Positions 1 through 12,235 of a DNA stretch of 64,000 nt are shown piece after piece. Location of the stretch: positions 3,906,001 through 3,970,000 of the forward strand of contig CM038998.1 of assembly GCA_017499595.2 (NCBI GenBank), in the 5' to 3' direction. The notes below the pieces were generated by a model. That model saw only the letters and a list, made by a program, of their open reading frames with translations. It made no database searches and was not told the DNA's origin. This DNA is from Psilocybe cubensis. Its lineage: Eukaryota. The position numbers were made by a program, and so were the translations under genes. Numbering within the stretch: the stretch's first letter is position 1; every line of letters begins with the position of its first letter.

Positions 1-722
1 CCCGCATAGTAGCCTTGCCTCTTCAAATCAGACCCACGATGAAAGAAAGAACTCGTCATCGAGGTGCATGGTGGGAATGTTTGTGACAAGCCCGAAGCCG
101 AAGAAACGCCTGATGGGTTTGGCTGGCCTTTGAAAAGAAACAGAGGATAAATAATCATGGTAGAGCGTTCTTTCGTCCTGAGAGCCTGGACAATAAAAGA
201 TGAGGTACGAAATGAAGAGGGCACTGGCTGAGTTGGGAGTAGAATGGAGTCCGTCGGGTTAGGTTTAGTTGCTGATTGTTCTGTCAAGCGTGACGTGACC
301 AGTAACAATGGCACGCGGAACCGACTTGTAGCGGAGTCGGAAAGTGTTGAGTGCATCGCTGGTTGTCCTCGAACCACCACGCACTTGCTCATCGTCGTCC
401 GCAGGACACTCATCCCCCCTTCTTATCCCGTCTTCCGTGGTCTAGCGACACTTTTAGACGTTAGCCAGCTCACACAGGCCGCGACAGCCGCCTTCCCCCC
501 TCTGTTAGGTCTTTTTCAAGATCTTTTCATCTTACTTTGGTCTCCTACCCCCACCCCTCAAAAAGCTTACGAAAAGCGTTCAAGTCTCTCCAGGAACACC
601 CAAAATCACACCCATCGACTTTAATATCCATTTCGAACTCTTTTTCTTCTTCATTTATAACCTTTTCTTTTGTCATTTTTATTCCCCCTACCCCCCAACT
701 CCACCTTCGTATTTAACCAAAC

Positions 723-3700
723 ATGCTTGGCCATCAGTTCGCCTACTCCGCGGCTCCCATTCGCAAAGTGAAGGAGGTTCAGTTTGGTATTCTTTCTCCG
801 GAGGAGATTGTGAGTCTTTTCAACCCTTTTTCTTCGTCGCTTTCAATGCTGTGCTGACAAACACCCCCTTCTGACTCACAGAAAGCCATCTCCGTCGCCA
901 AGATCGAACATCCAGAAGTCATGGACGAGGCCACTCATAAACCCAAGATTGGCGGACTGATGGACCCCCGTATGGGTACCATCGATAGGAATTTCAAGTG
1001 TCAGACGTGCGGAGAGGGTATGTCAGAGTGTCCTGGTCATTTTGGGCATATTGAGCTGGCAAGGCCAGTCTTTCATCCTGGTACGTCCTGGCCTAGCATC
1101 GCCGCAGACGCCGTGTGTTCCTACGATGCTTTTTCCATACAGGTTTCATCGTGAAAGTGAAGAAGATTTTGGAGAGTATATGTGTAAATTGTGGAAAGCT
1201 CAAAGCCGACATCGTGAGTCGCGTCGTTTTATTTGCTCTACTCGTTTCGCACCCCACCATCCAAATTTTCTGGGGGCTCTCTCCACATCCCATGGGGAAC
1301 CCCAAACCCGCACCACGTCAGTCTCTCGACAATCGAGGGCGTTCTTCCACCCGTGGTAGGGGATCGTAATGGCGCGCGTTTTTTCGGTCGCTTGACCGCC
1401 GCGTCGATCCCATTGCACCTGCCACGGGCACCGGTTGGACACGAGGTTGCGTGGTGAAATGGGGGGCTGAACGAGGAGTGCGGAAAAAAATCAAACACAG
1501 TGCCCATCGATCCGTAAAAGCGGGACGTGGGACTGTGGAGGATGGAATATTGGCCAACCACACTCGGCTGTGACGCAGCTGGAGATGTGAGTCTCAGGGC
1601 CCTGCACTTCGTATCTCGACCTATTTTGCCCCCTGTGTTGTCCGTTATTTTATGTTGCTCTTCATATCTTGTTCCGTATTTCTTTGCTGTAGACACGACA
1701 TACTGACGGTTTTACTTGACATATTCTCCTTTTTCTAAAAAAAAAAATCCACCGTCGCCGGAAATCATTGTCCCTCTTGAATTGACCTGACCACTAACCT
1801 GTGTTCACGTTTTAAGTCGGACCCCAATTTTGCGGAGAAGATTCGCCACATCCGTGATCCCAAGGCGCGCATGGCAGTTGTCTGGTCGCACTGCAAAACG
1901 AAGAATATCTGTGAGCCTGATGACCCCAAAGAAGAGGGCGCAGATCCAGAGGCTGAAGAAGGGAGGAAGCATGGCGGTTGCGGCCATGCGCAGCCTCAAA
2001 TCAGGAAAGAGGGCCTCAAGTTGTTCGTTCAATACAAGAAAGCAAAGGACGACGATGATGTTAGTTGACCTAGCTCAATGGATGGTGTGAATGTTGATGC
2101 TTACATACTCGTCTTCTACAGGAGGTCAAGTCCATGCAGCCTGACAAGCGGCTCATCACACCGTCCGAAGTTTATACAGTGTTCAAGAAGATGTCGGACC
2201 ACGACCTGCACCTTCTCGGGCTCTCCGAGGAGTATGCGAGACCGGAGTGGATGATCCTCACGGTTATGCCCGTTCCGCCGCCGCCCGTTCGCCCCAGTAT
2301 CGCCGTCGACGGCGGCGCCATGCGCAGCGAGGACGATTTGACGTACAAACTGGGCGACATCATCAAGGCGTCGGCGAACGTCCGTCGGTGCGAGCAGGAG
2401 GGCGCCCCGGCGCATGTCATCACTGAATTCGAGCAGCTTCTCCAGGTACGTGCTGGCTCCTCCCTTCATATTCCATCTTCCACGTTCCTTGAAACGGTGA
2501 ACCCTGAACGCTGACGGAATGCGTGTGCAGTTCCACGTGGCGACGTACATGGACAACGATATTGCTGGTATCCCGCAGGCGCTGCAAAAGTCGGGTCGTC
2601 CTGTCAAAGCTATTCGTGCCCGTCTAAAGGGCAAGGAAGGCCGTCTGCGTGGCAACTTGATGGGCAAACGTGTCGATTTCTCCGCCCGCACGGTTATCAC
2701 GGGTGATCCGAATCTGCAGCTCGATGAAGTTGGCGTGCCGCGGACGATTGCGATGAATTTGACCTTCCCAGAAAGAGGTAAAGTTTATCTTTTCTTATTC
2801 TTATTTTTGACCGTTTCTTCTGGCGTCAGAGCTAAATGTGTTGATTGGTCATCTTTTTTTTAGTGACGCCGTATAATATCGCGTATTTGCAGGAGCTTGT
2901 AAGGAATGGCCCGACGACGTATCCTGGTGCACGCTATGTTGTGCGAGACACAGGAGAGCGTATCGATCTGCGGTATAACAAGCGTGCGGATGCGTTTTTG
3001 CAATACGGATGGATTGTTGAGCGCCATCTTAAGGATGGAGAGTAAGTTTTTTTTTTTGTACACTGTTCGCCTTTGTGGTTGTGGTACTCACCCCGTCTCG
3101 TCGTTTAGCTATGTATTGTTCAATCGTCAACCTTCGCTGCACAAAATGAGTATGATGAGTCATCGTGTAAAGCTCATGCCTTATTCGAGTAAGCTTCTTT
3201 ATTAATTATCGCAATGGAAGCAATGGAATGATTTTATTCATGTTAATTTTCTTACAGCCTTCCGCCTGAATCTTTCGGTGTAAGTTTACAGAGCAAGACC
3301 AGTGCCTGGCACGTTAATGATGTTGTTTAGAACGCCACCCTACAACGCCGATTTCGACGGCGACGAGATGAACATGCAGTACGTCATTTTTGCTCGTGAT
3401 ATTGGGGTTGGCTGGACATGTAACTAAATTGTATGGGCAGCGTACCTCAGAGCGAGGAAACGAGGGCCGAGTTGAGTCAAATCGCATGGGTGCCCAGACA
3501 GGTTCGTCTTCTGCGAATTATTTTAATGACAATTCTACAGCCTCGCTGACAATTGTTCTTCAGATCATTTCGCCTCAGGCAAACAAGCCCGTCATGGGCA
3601 TTGTGCAAGATACCCTGTGCGGTATTCGAAAATTCACGTTGCGTGATACCTTCCTGGACTGGAATCAAGTTCAGAACATCCTCTTGTGGGTGCCCGAGTG

Positions 3701-6700
3701 GGACGGCACAGTGCCCATCCCTGCCATCCTTAAGCCGAAGCCTCTCTGGACAGGAAAGCAGATCCTGAGCTTGACCATCCCTCGGGGGATCAACATTCAT
3801 CGCTCGCCCGATCCCAAGTCCTCTAATCCGGTGTTCGACGACGGTGTGCTGATTGAGAACGGAGAGCTGATCTTTGGTATCGTTGAGAAGAAGACGGTTG
3901 GCGCGTCGCAGGGCGGTCTTGTGCACGTAGTGTTCCGCGAGAAGGGTCCGGAGGCTACTCGCCAACTATTTACAGGTCTGCAGATGGTCGTGAACTACTG
4001 GTTATTCCACAATGGGTTTAGCATTGGTATTGGTGACACCATCGCTGATTCTGCAACGATGTCGTATATTACGCAGACCATCGCGGAGCGCAAGGCGAAC
4101 GTTGCGCAAATCATCGAGGATGCCACCCACGATCGCTTGAAGGCCGCGCCTGGTATGACGATTCGTGAATCGTTTGAGAGTTTGGTCGAGCGCCAACTCA
4201 ACTTGGCCCGTGACACGTCTGGTCAATACGCGCAGAAGCACTTGAAAGAGGACAACAACGTGAAGCAGATGGTGGTCGCTGGCTCAAAGGGTTCTTTCAT
4301 CAACATCTCGCAGATGTCGGTTTGTGTTGGGCAACAGTCAGTCGAGGGTCGGCGTATTCCGTTTGGGTTCAGGCATCGCACGCTGCCGCATTTCACAAAG
4401 GACGATTTCAGCCCCGAGTCGCGAGGATTCGTTGAGAATTCGTATTTGCGTGGGTTGACGCCGCAAGAATTCTTCTTCCATGCCATGGCTGGTCGTGAGG
4501 GTCTTATCGATACGGCTGTCAAGACGGCCGAGACGGGTTACATCCAGCGCCGTCTCGTCAAGGCGCTCGAGGACGTTATGGTGTGCTACGACGGCACGGT
4601 GCGAAACTCGCTCGGTGATCTGATCCAGTTCGTGTATGGCGAGGACGGTATGGACGGTGCATTCATTGAGAAGCAGACGATCGAGACCTTTGGCCTGAAT
4701 GACCGCGAGTTCGAGCACAACTACCGCGTGGACGTCACCGACCCAGCGGGCGGATTCATCCCCGGCGTCCTCCAGGTCGGCATCGACGACAGCTCGCTGG
4801 AGCTGCAGGTCAAACTTGACGAGGAGTTTGCCCGTTTGGTTGAGGACAGACGGCTCCTGAGGGAGTTTGTGTTTCCTCGGGTGCCCAACACGCAACCGCA
4901 TTATCTTCCTGTTAACCTCCATCGTATCGTGCAGAACGCTATTCAGATCTTCCATATCGACCGACGAAAGCCTAGTGACCTTGATCCTGCCTATATTGTC
5001 GACTCTATCCATGAGCTCGGTAAACGTCTGATCGTCGTGCGTGGCGACGACAACCTCAGCAGAGAAGGTCAAGAGAACGCCACCCTCAACTTTAGGATGC
5101 ACCTCCGTGCAACGTTTGCTTCTCGCCGCGTGCTGGAGAAGTATCATTTGACACGGGAAGCGTTCGATTGGGTGGTCGGTGAAGTCGAAACCAAATTCAA
5201 TCAGTCCGTTGTCCACCCCGGAGAGATGTGTGGTACGCTTGCCGCACAGTCCATTGGAGAGCCGGCGACGCAGATGACTCTCAACACTTTCCATTATGCC
5301 GGTGTGTCGAGTAAGAACGTTACGCTCGGTGTGCCGCGTTTGAAAGAAATTATCAATGTCGCGACGAACATCAAGACACCGTCGTTGACTGTATACCTTG
5401 AACCCCAGATATCCCGGTCGGCAGATTTGGCCAAGCAGGTCCAGCAGGAGCTGGCGTATACCTCGCTGCGGACTGTTACCGCTGCCGTTGAGATCTGGTA
5501 CGACCCCGATCCATCATCAACCATTATTGAGGAGGATTCGGTGTTCGTTGAATCCTTCTTCGCCATTCCTGATGAGGAAATCGAGAGCAAGCTGCATTTG
5601 CAGTCACCCTGGCTCCTCCGTCTCGAACTCGACCGTGCGAAGATGATCGACAGGAAACTCGACATGCACTACGTCGCTGGCCGCATCGCCGAGAGCTTCA
5701 AGACAGACCTGTTCGTCATCTGGAGCGAAGATAACTCGGAGAAGTTGGTCATTCGTTGTCGTGTGTTGGGTAGTCCGGATAAGGAGGAGGACGGCTTGGA
5801 GTCAGTTGAAGAGGACATTTTCCTTCGTCAGCTTGAGAACACGATGTTGAACTCTGTCAACCTGCGTGGTGTCAAGGGTATCAACCGTGTCTTCTTGACG
5901 GAGCAGGACAAGGTCGTCGTGGCGGGCGATGGCACCATCCGAACGGACCAGCAGAAAGAGTGGGTGCTGGAAACGGATGGCATCAATTTGAAGACGGTGA
6001 TGTGCATTGACGGTGTCGACTTTACGCGGACATACTCGAACAGCTGCGTGGAGATCTTCAATGTGCTGGGTATCGAGGCGGCGCGTGCAGCGATTCTGAA
6101 AGAACTTCGTGGAGTTATCGAGTTTGACGGTTCGTATGTCAACTACCGTCATCTTGCTTTACTCTGCGACCTTATGACCCATCGTGGAACACTCATGGCT
6201 ATCACACGCCATGGTATCAATCGGGCGGATACTGGAGCATTGATGAGGTGCTCATTCGAAGAGACTGTCGAAATTCTAATGGAAGCTGCAGCCGTAGGTG
6301 AAAAGGATGACTGCCATGGTATTGCGGAGAACGTAATGTTCGGCCAGATGGCTCCTATGGGTACTGGCGCGTTTGAGGTGGCTCTGGATATTGACATGCT
6401 GAAGGATGCTATTGTGGACCACCGTTTGCCGGTGCAGTCGATGCTGGCTGCGCAAATAGACGGTGGAATGACTCCTGGCCAGGTGGCCATGACACCTTAC
6501 GACACTAATTCACCGATGTGGCAAGATGGGCTGTTCAAGGGCGACCCAGCCTCGGCATCTTTCTCTCCTCTTGCCTCCAATACCGGCGAAGACGCCTCAA
6601 GCTTCCAGTTCCTTGGATATGGACAGAGCCCTCTCGGCGCTGGAGGAATGTCTCCGGGTGGTGTGGGTTACAGCCCCAGCTCGCCGAATGCGTACACACC

Positions 6701-7617
6701 CACTTCACCAAGCTTCGTACCCCAATCGCCATTCAGCGGCGCGACTTCCCCGTTCGGCACCTCTCCGTATGCGTCATCGCCCATGTACGATCGGGGAAGA
6801 GGCGCGACGTCCCCAACATACTCGCCTACTTCCCCTGCGCTCAACTTGACATCTCCGGGCTATTCGCCCACCAGCCCACGATACTCACCTACTTCTCCTT
6901 CATTCTCACCTACGTCTCCTCGGTATAGCCCGCAGTCGCCGTCGTTCAGCCCGACGTCGCCCAGGTATTCACCAGCGAGTCCATCGTTCAGCCCTGCGTC
7001 CCCCAGATGTATGCATTCCTTTTCTGTTCTATTCGTGCGTTACTGACGTAATGTTATTTTTAGATTCACCAAGTAAGTTTCTATGTGGTTTGATGCTTTT
7101 TTGTTATTTACAAAGTTTCTTCTACCCTCCTCATTGCGTTTAGCCTGTAAGTATCAGTACTGCATCATTGCGAATCCATGTACTGACATCTTCATCTAGC
7201 CCCTGCTCAAATGTCACCATCCTCGCCCAAATATTCGCCTACGTCCCCTATGCAATCACCTTCGTCGCCGAAATATTGTATGTTAAATTGCTTATTTATG
7301 GTTTGTACAGGAGCTCATTTCCCTTCTCATTTAGCACCCACCTCGCCGGCTTACTCGCCGCATTGTAAGTGGTCTCTAAAATATCATTCCACAAAGACAT
7401 ATGCTAATTTATCTTTTCAACAATATCAGCTCCTTATTGTAAGTATCCTCCATATTTGACTATCGTCCTGTTTTATTTACGCAACCTTCTTGCAGCCCCT
7501 GCTTCTCCAGGTTACAGCCCTACTTCTCCAACGCCCTGGTCGCCCTCGAGCCCTGCGCAAAACCAGAACGGCAATACGCGTAGCCACGCGTACCAGTCGA
7601 GCCCGTCGTGGGATTAA
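723..7617 (+). CDS. RPB1: DNA-directed RNA polymerase II largest subunit (multi-exon)
   Basis: ATG 723 ([29 protein letters not shown]); Zn-site CQTC...[19 protein letters not shown]; catalytic NADFDGD at ~3344-3364; bridge helix [34 protein letters not shown]-terminal YSPTSP heptads; TAA ends 7617. Exons joined at GT-AG sites by hand. Confidence 0.99.
1214..1816 (+). other. Unusually long (603 nt) spliceosomal intron of RPB1 with GC-rich stem-forming segments
   Basis: Donor GTGAGT at 1214 after KLKADI; acceptor AG at 1815-1816 before SDPNFAEK. The other RPB1 introns are about 50-85 nt. Confidence 0.9.
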
Positions 7618-8499
7618 GGTAGCATTGTAATTGCGACTCCTCACCTTTGCCATTCAGCACACCCATCCATTCATAATTATCTATGTTTTCCTGTCCTTCT
7701 TGTAGAATATGACCAAATTCTTTTTCGATTGTTTTTTTTTTCTTCTGTTGTGTTGATTCCCTCTCCTCTCTCACTCTCTCCAGCATAATGCACCGCAAAC
7801 TTTTTTTTGCTTAAAATATGTTTACAACTGGGTTTTTCTTTTGCATTGATCCAATTAGTGTATAACCCTGTATGAGTTCCTAGTTGAGCTTATTGGGTTT
7901 TCCTGATGTGTAATGACATGTCGTTAACCATCTGTTAAAGCTTGTGGGACTGCATCGCAAGAAAATCGATCAGCAAGCAGCATATGAATGTATTGCAAAA
8001 GCAAACTGGAAGACAACAGAGTCACTAATAATTATGAAGGACGAGGTAATGTATACAACAAAGTTTATGCAATCGTAGCACTCGACAAATGCGGGAGAGG
8101 ACAACATGTACAGTATGGCAGGAACGAAAACCCGACGAACGAAAATGGAGCAAAGCCGAACCGCGTTATCAACAAAAAAGCAAGAACGAGAAAAGAGATT
8201 GGGAGTCGGAGTGACAATACTAGTGGGACGAAGGGGATATATGAAGAGTAATGCAAAACGTGCGTGTTCCGTTAGAGCTGCTGGTGGGTTGGGCTAGGAA
8301 TGGGTTAGCGAAAAGTGGCGAGCCTTTGCCATTGGCATCTGTGGAAGGCAGGGTATATGTATCCAAGAATTGTGAGTCCTTGTGATGTTCTATATGGGTG
8401 ATACGTTCGAAAAAAGTCCATGATAGAACCAAGTGGTCGCGAGGTTCATAAAAATGATAAGCATGGAGGCTACAAGTCAGCAAACTAGAATTTCAAGCT

Positions 8500-11400
8500 T
8501 CAAGACTGGCAGTTGTCGTATGGAGAGTCCCTGACCGGATTCGGCCCCAACATCAGCTACATGAGAAACAAAACAAAAGAGTCGCGTCAGTTGTGAAACC
8601 CTTTTGTGCGGAAAGAATGGGGAAATGGTTCGACGGACCCCGATGTTCTGTACAGTGGTGTACGCCGCAGCTGCGAGACCAAACACGATGAGCGCGATGT
8701 CGAGGAGTTTGTCTTTACGCGTGCGCGAGCATGCCTTGTAGTGCAGCATCGCCGGGTACACGTAGCAGAGCGGTACACTGCAAATGCCATAATCAAAATC
8801 ATTACACATATATAAATGGACCCAAACTCACCAAGCAAAGCATCCAATGAACGCCACAAATTTATCCAAGTCCGCCGCACCGACCCACGCAATAGCGCTG
8901 CACACAAACACCATCGCGAAGCGGAACGCATTCTTGTACCACTTGACGCGCACGTCCACCTTACCGCTCCGCGTGAAGATGCCGTTCTCGAGGATGCGGA
9001 TCGCCGGGAAGAGCTGCAGTGGCACGGAGAGCATGATCGCGAGGGCGTAGAAGAGCTGTACCTGTCGTCGATGTCTTAGTATCACTGACCGTAACCAATA
9101 GCGAATAGATGCCGGTAATGGAAGGACTGGATAAGACGTACTGATTGGACCATCTTACTCTTCTGGTCGAGGTTCAACAGGACAACAGTCTGAACTTCAG
9201 AGCCAAATGTGACATAGGCAAGTACGCCAGCGCCACCGAACAAAACTATAATTCCATCATGGACAGTAAGCTCAACTTTCTGGCGGCGTCGTGGTTTAGC
9301 ACAATGCGGATGAACTACTTACGTAGGAGGAAGACCATCACGCCTGACAGCGCCATGGGGAACTTGTGCGGCTCGCGCATGGCATCGGTGATAGGAATGA
9401 CCTAGTCAGTCAATCACATATCAGCGAGTTGAAAACGTAAAATATGGTTAAAGAAAATTACACTCACAAGACCGATTCCTTCAAACGAAAACACTGCTGT
9501 TCTTTAAATACAAACACAGAGAATGGCAGAGCAAATCATCGACAGTCAGCTAAATGCGCAGTGCAACAAAATCAAAAGTGCGACCCTCACCCGATGAACA
9601 GTGAAAAGTCGCGTTCATTGAACATCTTGACCTCCGCCATGCCGCGCTCCCACAGCACACCAAACTCACTACCAAAGATATACACCAGCCCAAAGAGGAT
9701 GAAGGCGTCTGCCACCAACGCAGTCGAACTTAACTTCGCGAGATCGCGCACAAGCACAAGTGGCAGAAACACAACTAGCTGCGCGAGGATGAGGTGTTGC
9801 ACTGGGATGAGCTTGAGGCATTGTGTAACACCGAGTATGAATGCCTGTGCATGATATAGATATCAGTGATTGCAAATGAGTCTTCCGTTAATAGGTTTAC
9901 CTGCAGATTCTCGGCAACGAAGATGGTGTACGCACCAACGAACCCCATTTGCGAGATGACAATGGAACCGAGGATGAGATATCGCATCCATGGCCCATAA
10001 AGCGTGCCTCCGATGTCTGAAGCAGTAAAACTTAGCCCAGGTTGATTAGCCCGTGCGTGTAATTAGCTTACCTCCAAAACTTCCAGAAACGACGAATTTG
10101 GTCTTGACGAGCAGCAAGAATGAATAGAGTGAAATGAACGCAATGAACGTGAATGTGAGAATAGAGAATAGAAGGCCTCCGTTGAAGAATCTGGAACAAA
10201 ATTACAATCAGTCAGAATATAGCATGCAAGCAATGATACGTACGCTCGACCAAGGAAAAGAACGCCAGTGCCCACGAATGACTTCAACAACTGTGACCGA
10301 TCGCGTTGATTTGAAGGCACAATTCGTATAGTATAAGCACAATACACGTACCATCAGGACAGCCTGCGTGACAGTGGCGGTTCCTTGTCTTGATAACGAC
10401 GTCCTGCGGCGCCTGCTCCTAGACCGCGATCGCGAAAGGTTTGGGCTGCCGAGAAGACTCGTGTGTTCGTTGGCATCTGGTAAGCCGGTCGACAGAGGCT
10501 CGTCGATGGGGGGTGAAAGGTTTTCCTCGTCTTCCCCGTCCTTTTCTTCATCTTCTTCGAGGTCTTCTCCGGCCTGGAAGATCAGTCAGTCAAATGTTAC
10601 GATAATGAGGGGCGGAGCACAGACGAAATGTCCGAATAGAAGTAGGAAGTCGATAAAGTTGTTCAGGATCTGCGGTCCTTCGCCTCCCTCTTCGTTTGCT
10701 TCACGTCGCAACAGTAAATAGTTTCGTCTAAACCCTCCTGGCTCGTGGATATGTTCAAATGCAGGGTGCGGGGTGCGACTGGGGCCAACAGAAAGAGAGA
10801 CTGAGCGGACGCGCGCAGAAGCAGCTTGCCGCCGTTGATCTGTATGCCATTTGTAGATGTCATGGCTGAAAGAAAGGTAAATTCGAAATGAAATTATAAC
10901 GAAACGGGAGAAGACACACGTAACATCTGCACCGTGTGTATCGTATGGAACGGGGAACGGTTCCGAGTCCTCTCGCACCGCCCCACGTTCGCGCAGCGTC
11001 CCAGACGACGTGTTTCGTGAGACATCTGAACCTGTAGCGACATTCGCGTCCTGGACGGAGCCGACCACGGATTTGGGCGCAGAGTCATTCGCTTTGGTCC
11101 GTTGTTCCTTCGCCACGAGGTGGCGCCTTAGAACCTTGGCCTTCTCCTCTGCTGGCAAGCCGTCCAGGTCTGCTATGCTGGGAGGTGTGACTGCGACTTT
11201 ATCTGAGCTACCTGTATTTTGCTTGGTCGCTGAAAGCCCGCCGATGGGTGGTCTCAGGGGCGAGCCTGAGTCGGCCTTCGTGCCAGAAACCGGAAGCAAA
11301 GAAGTTGACGAGGATGCGGCTACCACGGCACCTCCTGTCAAGACAGGTGTCCCTGCCCCACGCATAGGGATGTTTGGTGGCGGAGGTGTCCCCGTATATT

Positions 11401-11533
11401 GTGCTCTGAGTGCTCGAAGATCTGGGGTGCCCAGAGAAGGCGTATAGGAGCCTGGTTGGAGTTCAGAGTCATTAGCTGAGACTGTAAGTCGATTGTTGGA
11501 CTTTATATTTAATGGCTTGGAGGGAGAGGTCAT
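8500..11533 (-). CDS. AVT3: Vacuolar amino acid transporter, AVT3/AVT4-like (Aa_trans family), multi-exon
   Basis: Long disordered N-terminus with GGFRRNYL; LLKSFVGTGVLFLGRA; SIVISQMGFVGAYTIFVAENL; LSVPLQLFPAIRILE; YVYPAMLHYKAC. Last exon LMLGPNPVRDSPYDNCQS with stop at 8502-8500. Confidence 0.9.
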
Positions 11534-12235
11534 GTTCTATGCAAAGAGCGGAATGAGGAGGCATACAAAGGTTGGGGGCGCTGTGGGACTTGAAGAACCC
11601 GTCGTTGGGCCTGGTATTGACATACTAATACGAGCACGTGCCAAGTCGGCGAATTCCACTGCCAAGAGTTAACCTCAGAGGAGGCCTTTTGGAAGGAAGG
11701 AAGACGGCTGAAGGTCCCAATATAGAAATGCCCGTCGGTCCACCGGTCGCCCCCGAGACCTCGCGAGCTCTGGTGGGACTCTCGACTCCCTCTCAGCTGT
11801 GATGTATTGACCACTAACAGTCATTGATCTCACTGGTCCGGGTGGTTTCGAGCCTTTGTTTATTTACCCAGGTTTTTACACATATTACACGTGGTACTCT
11901 ATCTAATCTGTTCTTTAGTCCACCATTGAATGGTGTATCAGTTCCATCACTGCGTGTTGTTGTCATTTGTCATCATCTGTGTCTGTCATTTCTTGTTGCT
12001 GCAGTGATTCCACTGACAGGTCGTTCCCTCTGTAGTCAGGGTGCCGATACACCTCTGTCTGCGCTAAAGTGGGAGGTGAGAATTGTTCCCATTAGCCATC
12101 AAATTTGAGAATACCATTATTTGAATAATTCCTATGGAATTATTTTACCGGACAGATTCTTATAATTTGTAGTCTTTTAACTAATAATATAAAAGCTAAT
12201 TATGGATATAGCATTGAAATAATAGAATTTAATTA

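Noticed and set aside
4250..4580. Amanitin-resistance substitutions in the RPB1 funnel and bridge helix
   Set aside because: The segments [17 protein letters not shown] and [11 protein letters not shown] look like ordinary fungal or animal RPB1; nothing clearly unusual by eye.
3477..6490. Long antisense ORFs inside RPB1 (e.g. 4338-5294)
   Set aside because: Shadow frames of a GC-rich, codon-biased exon with no recognisable protein features.
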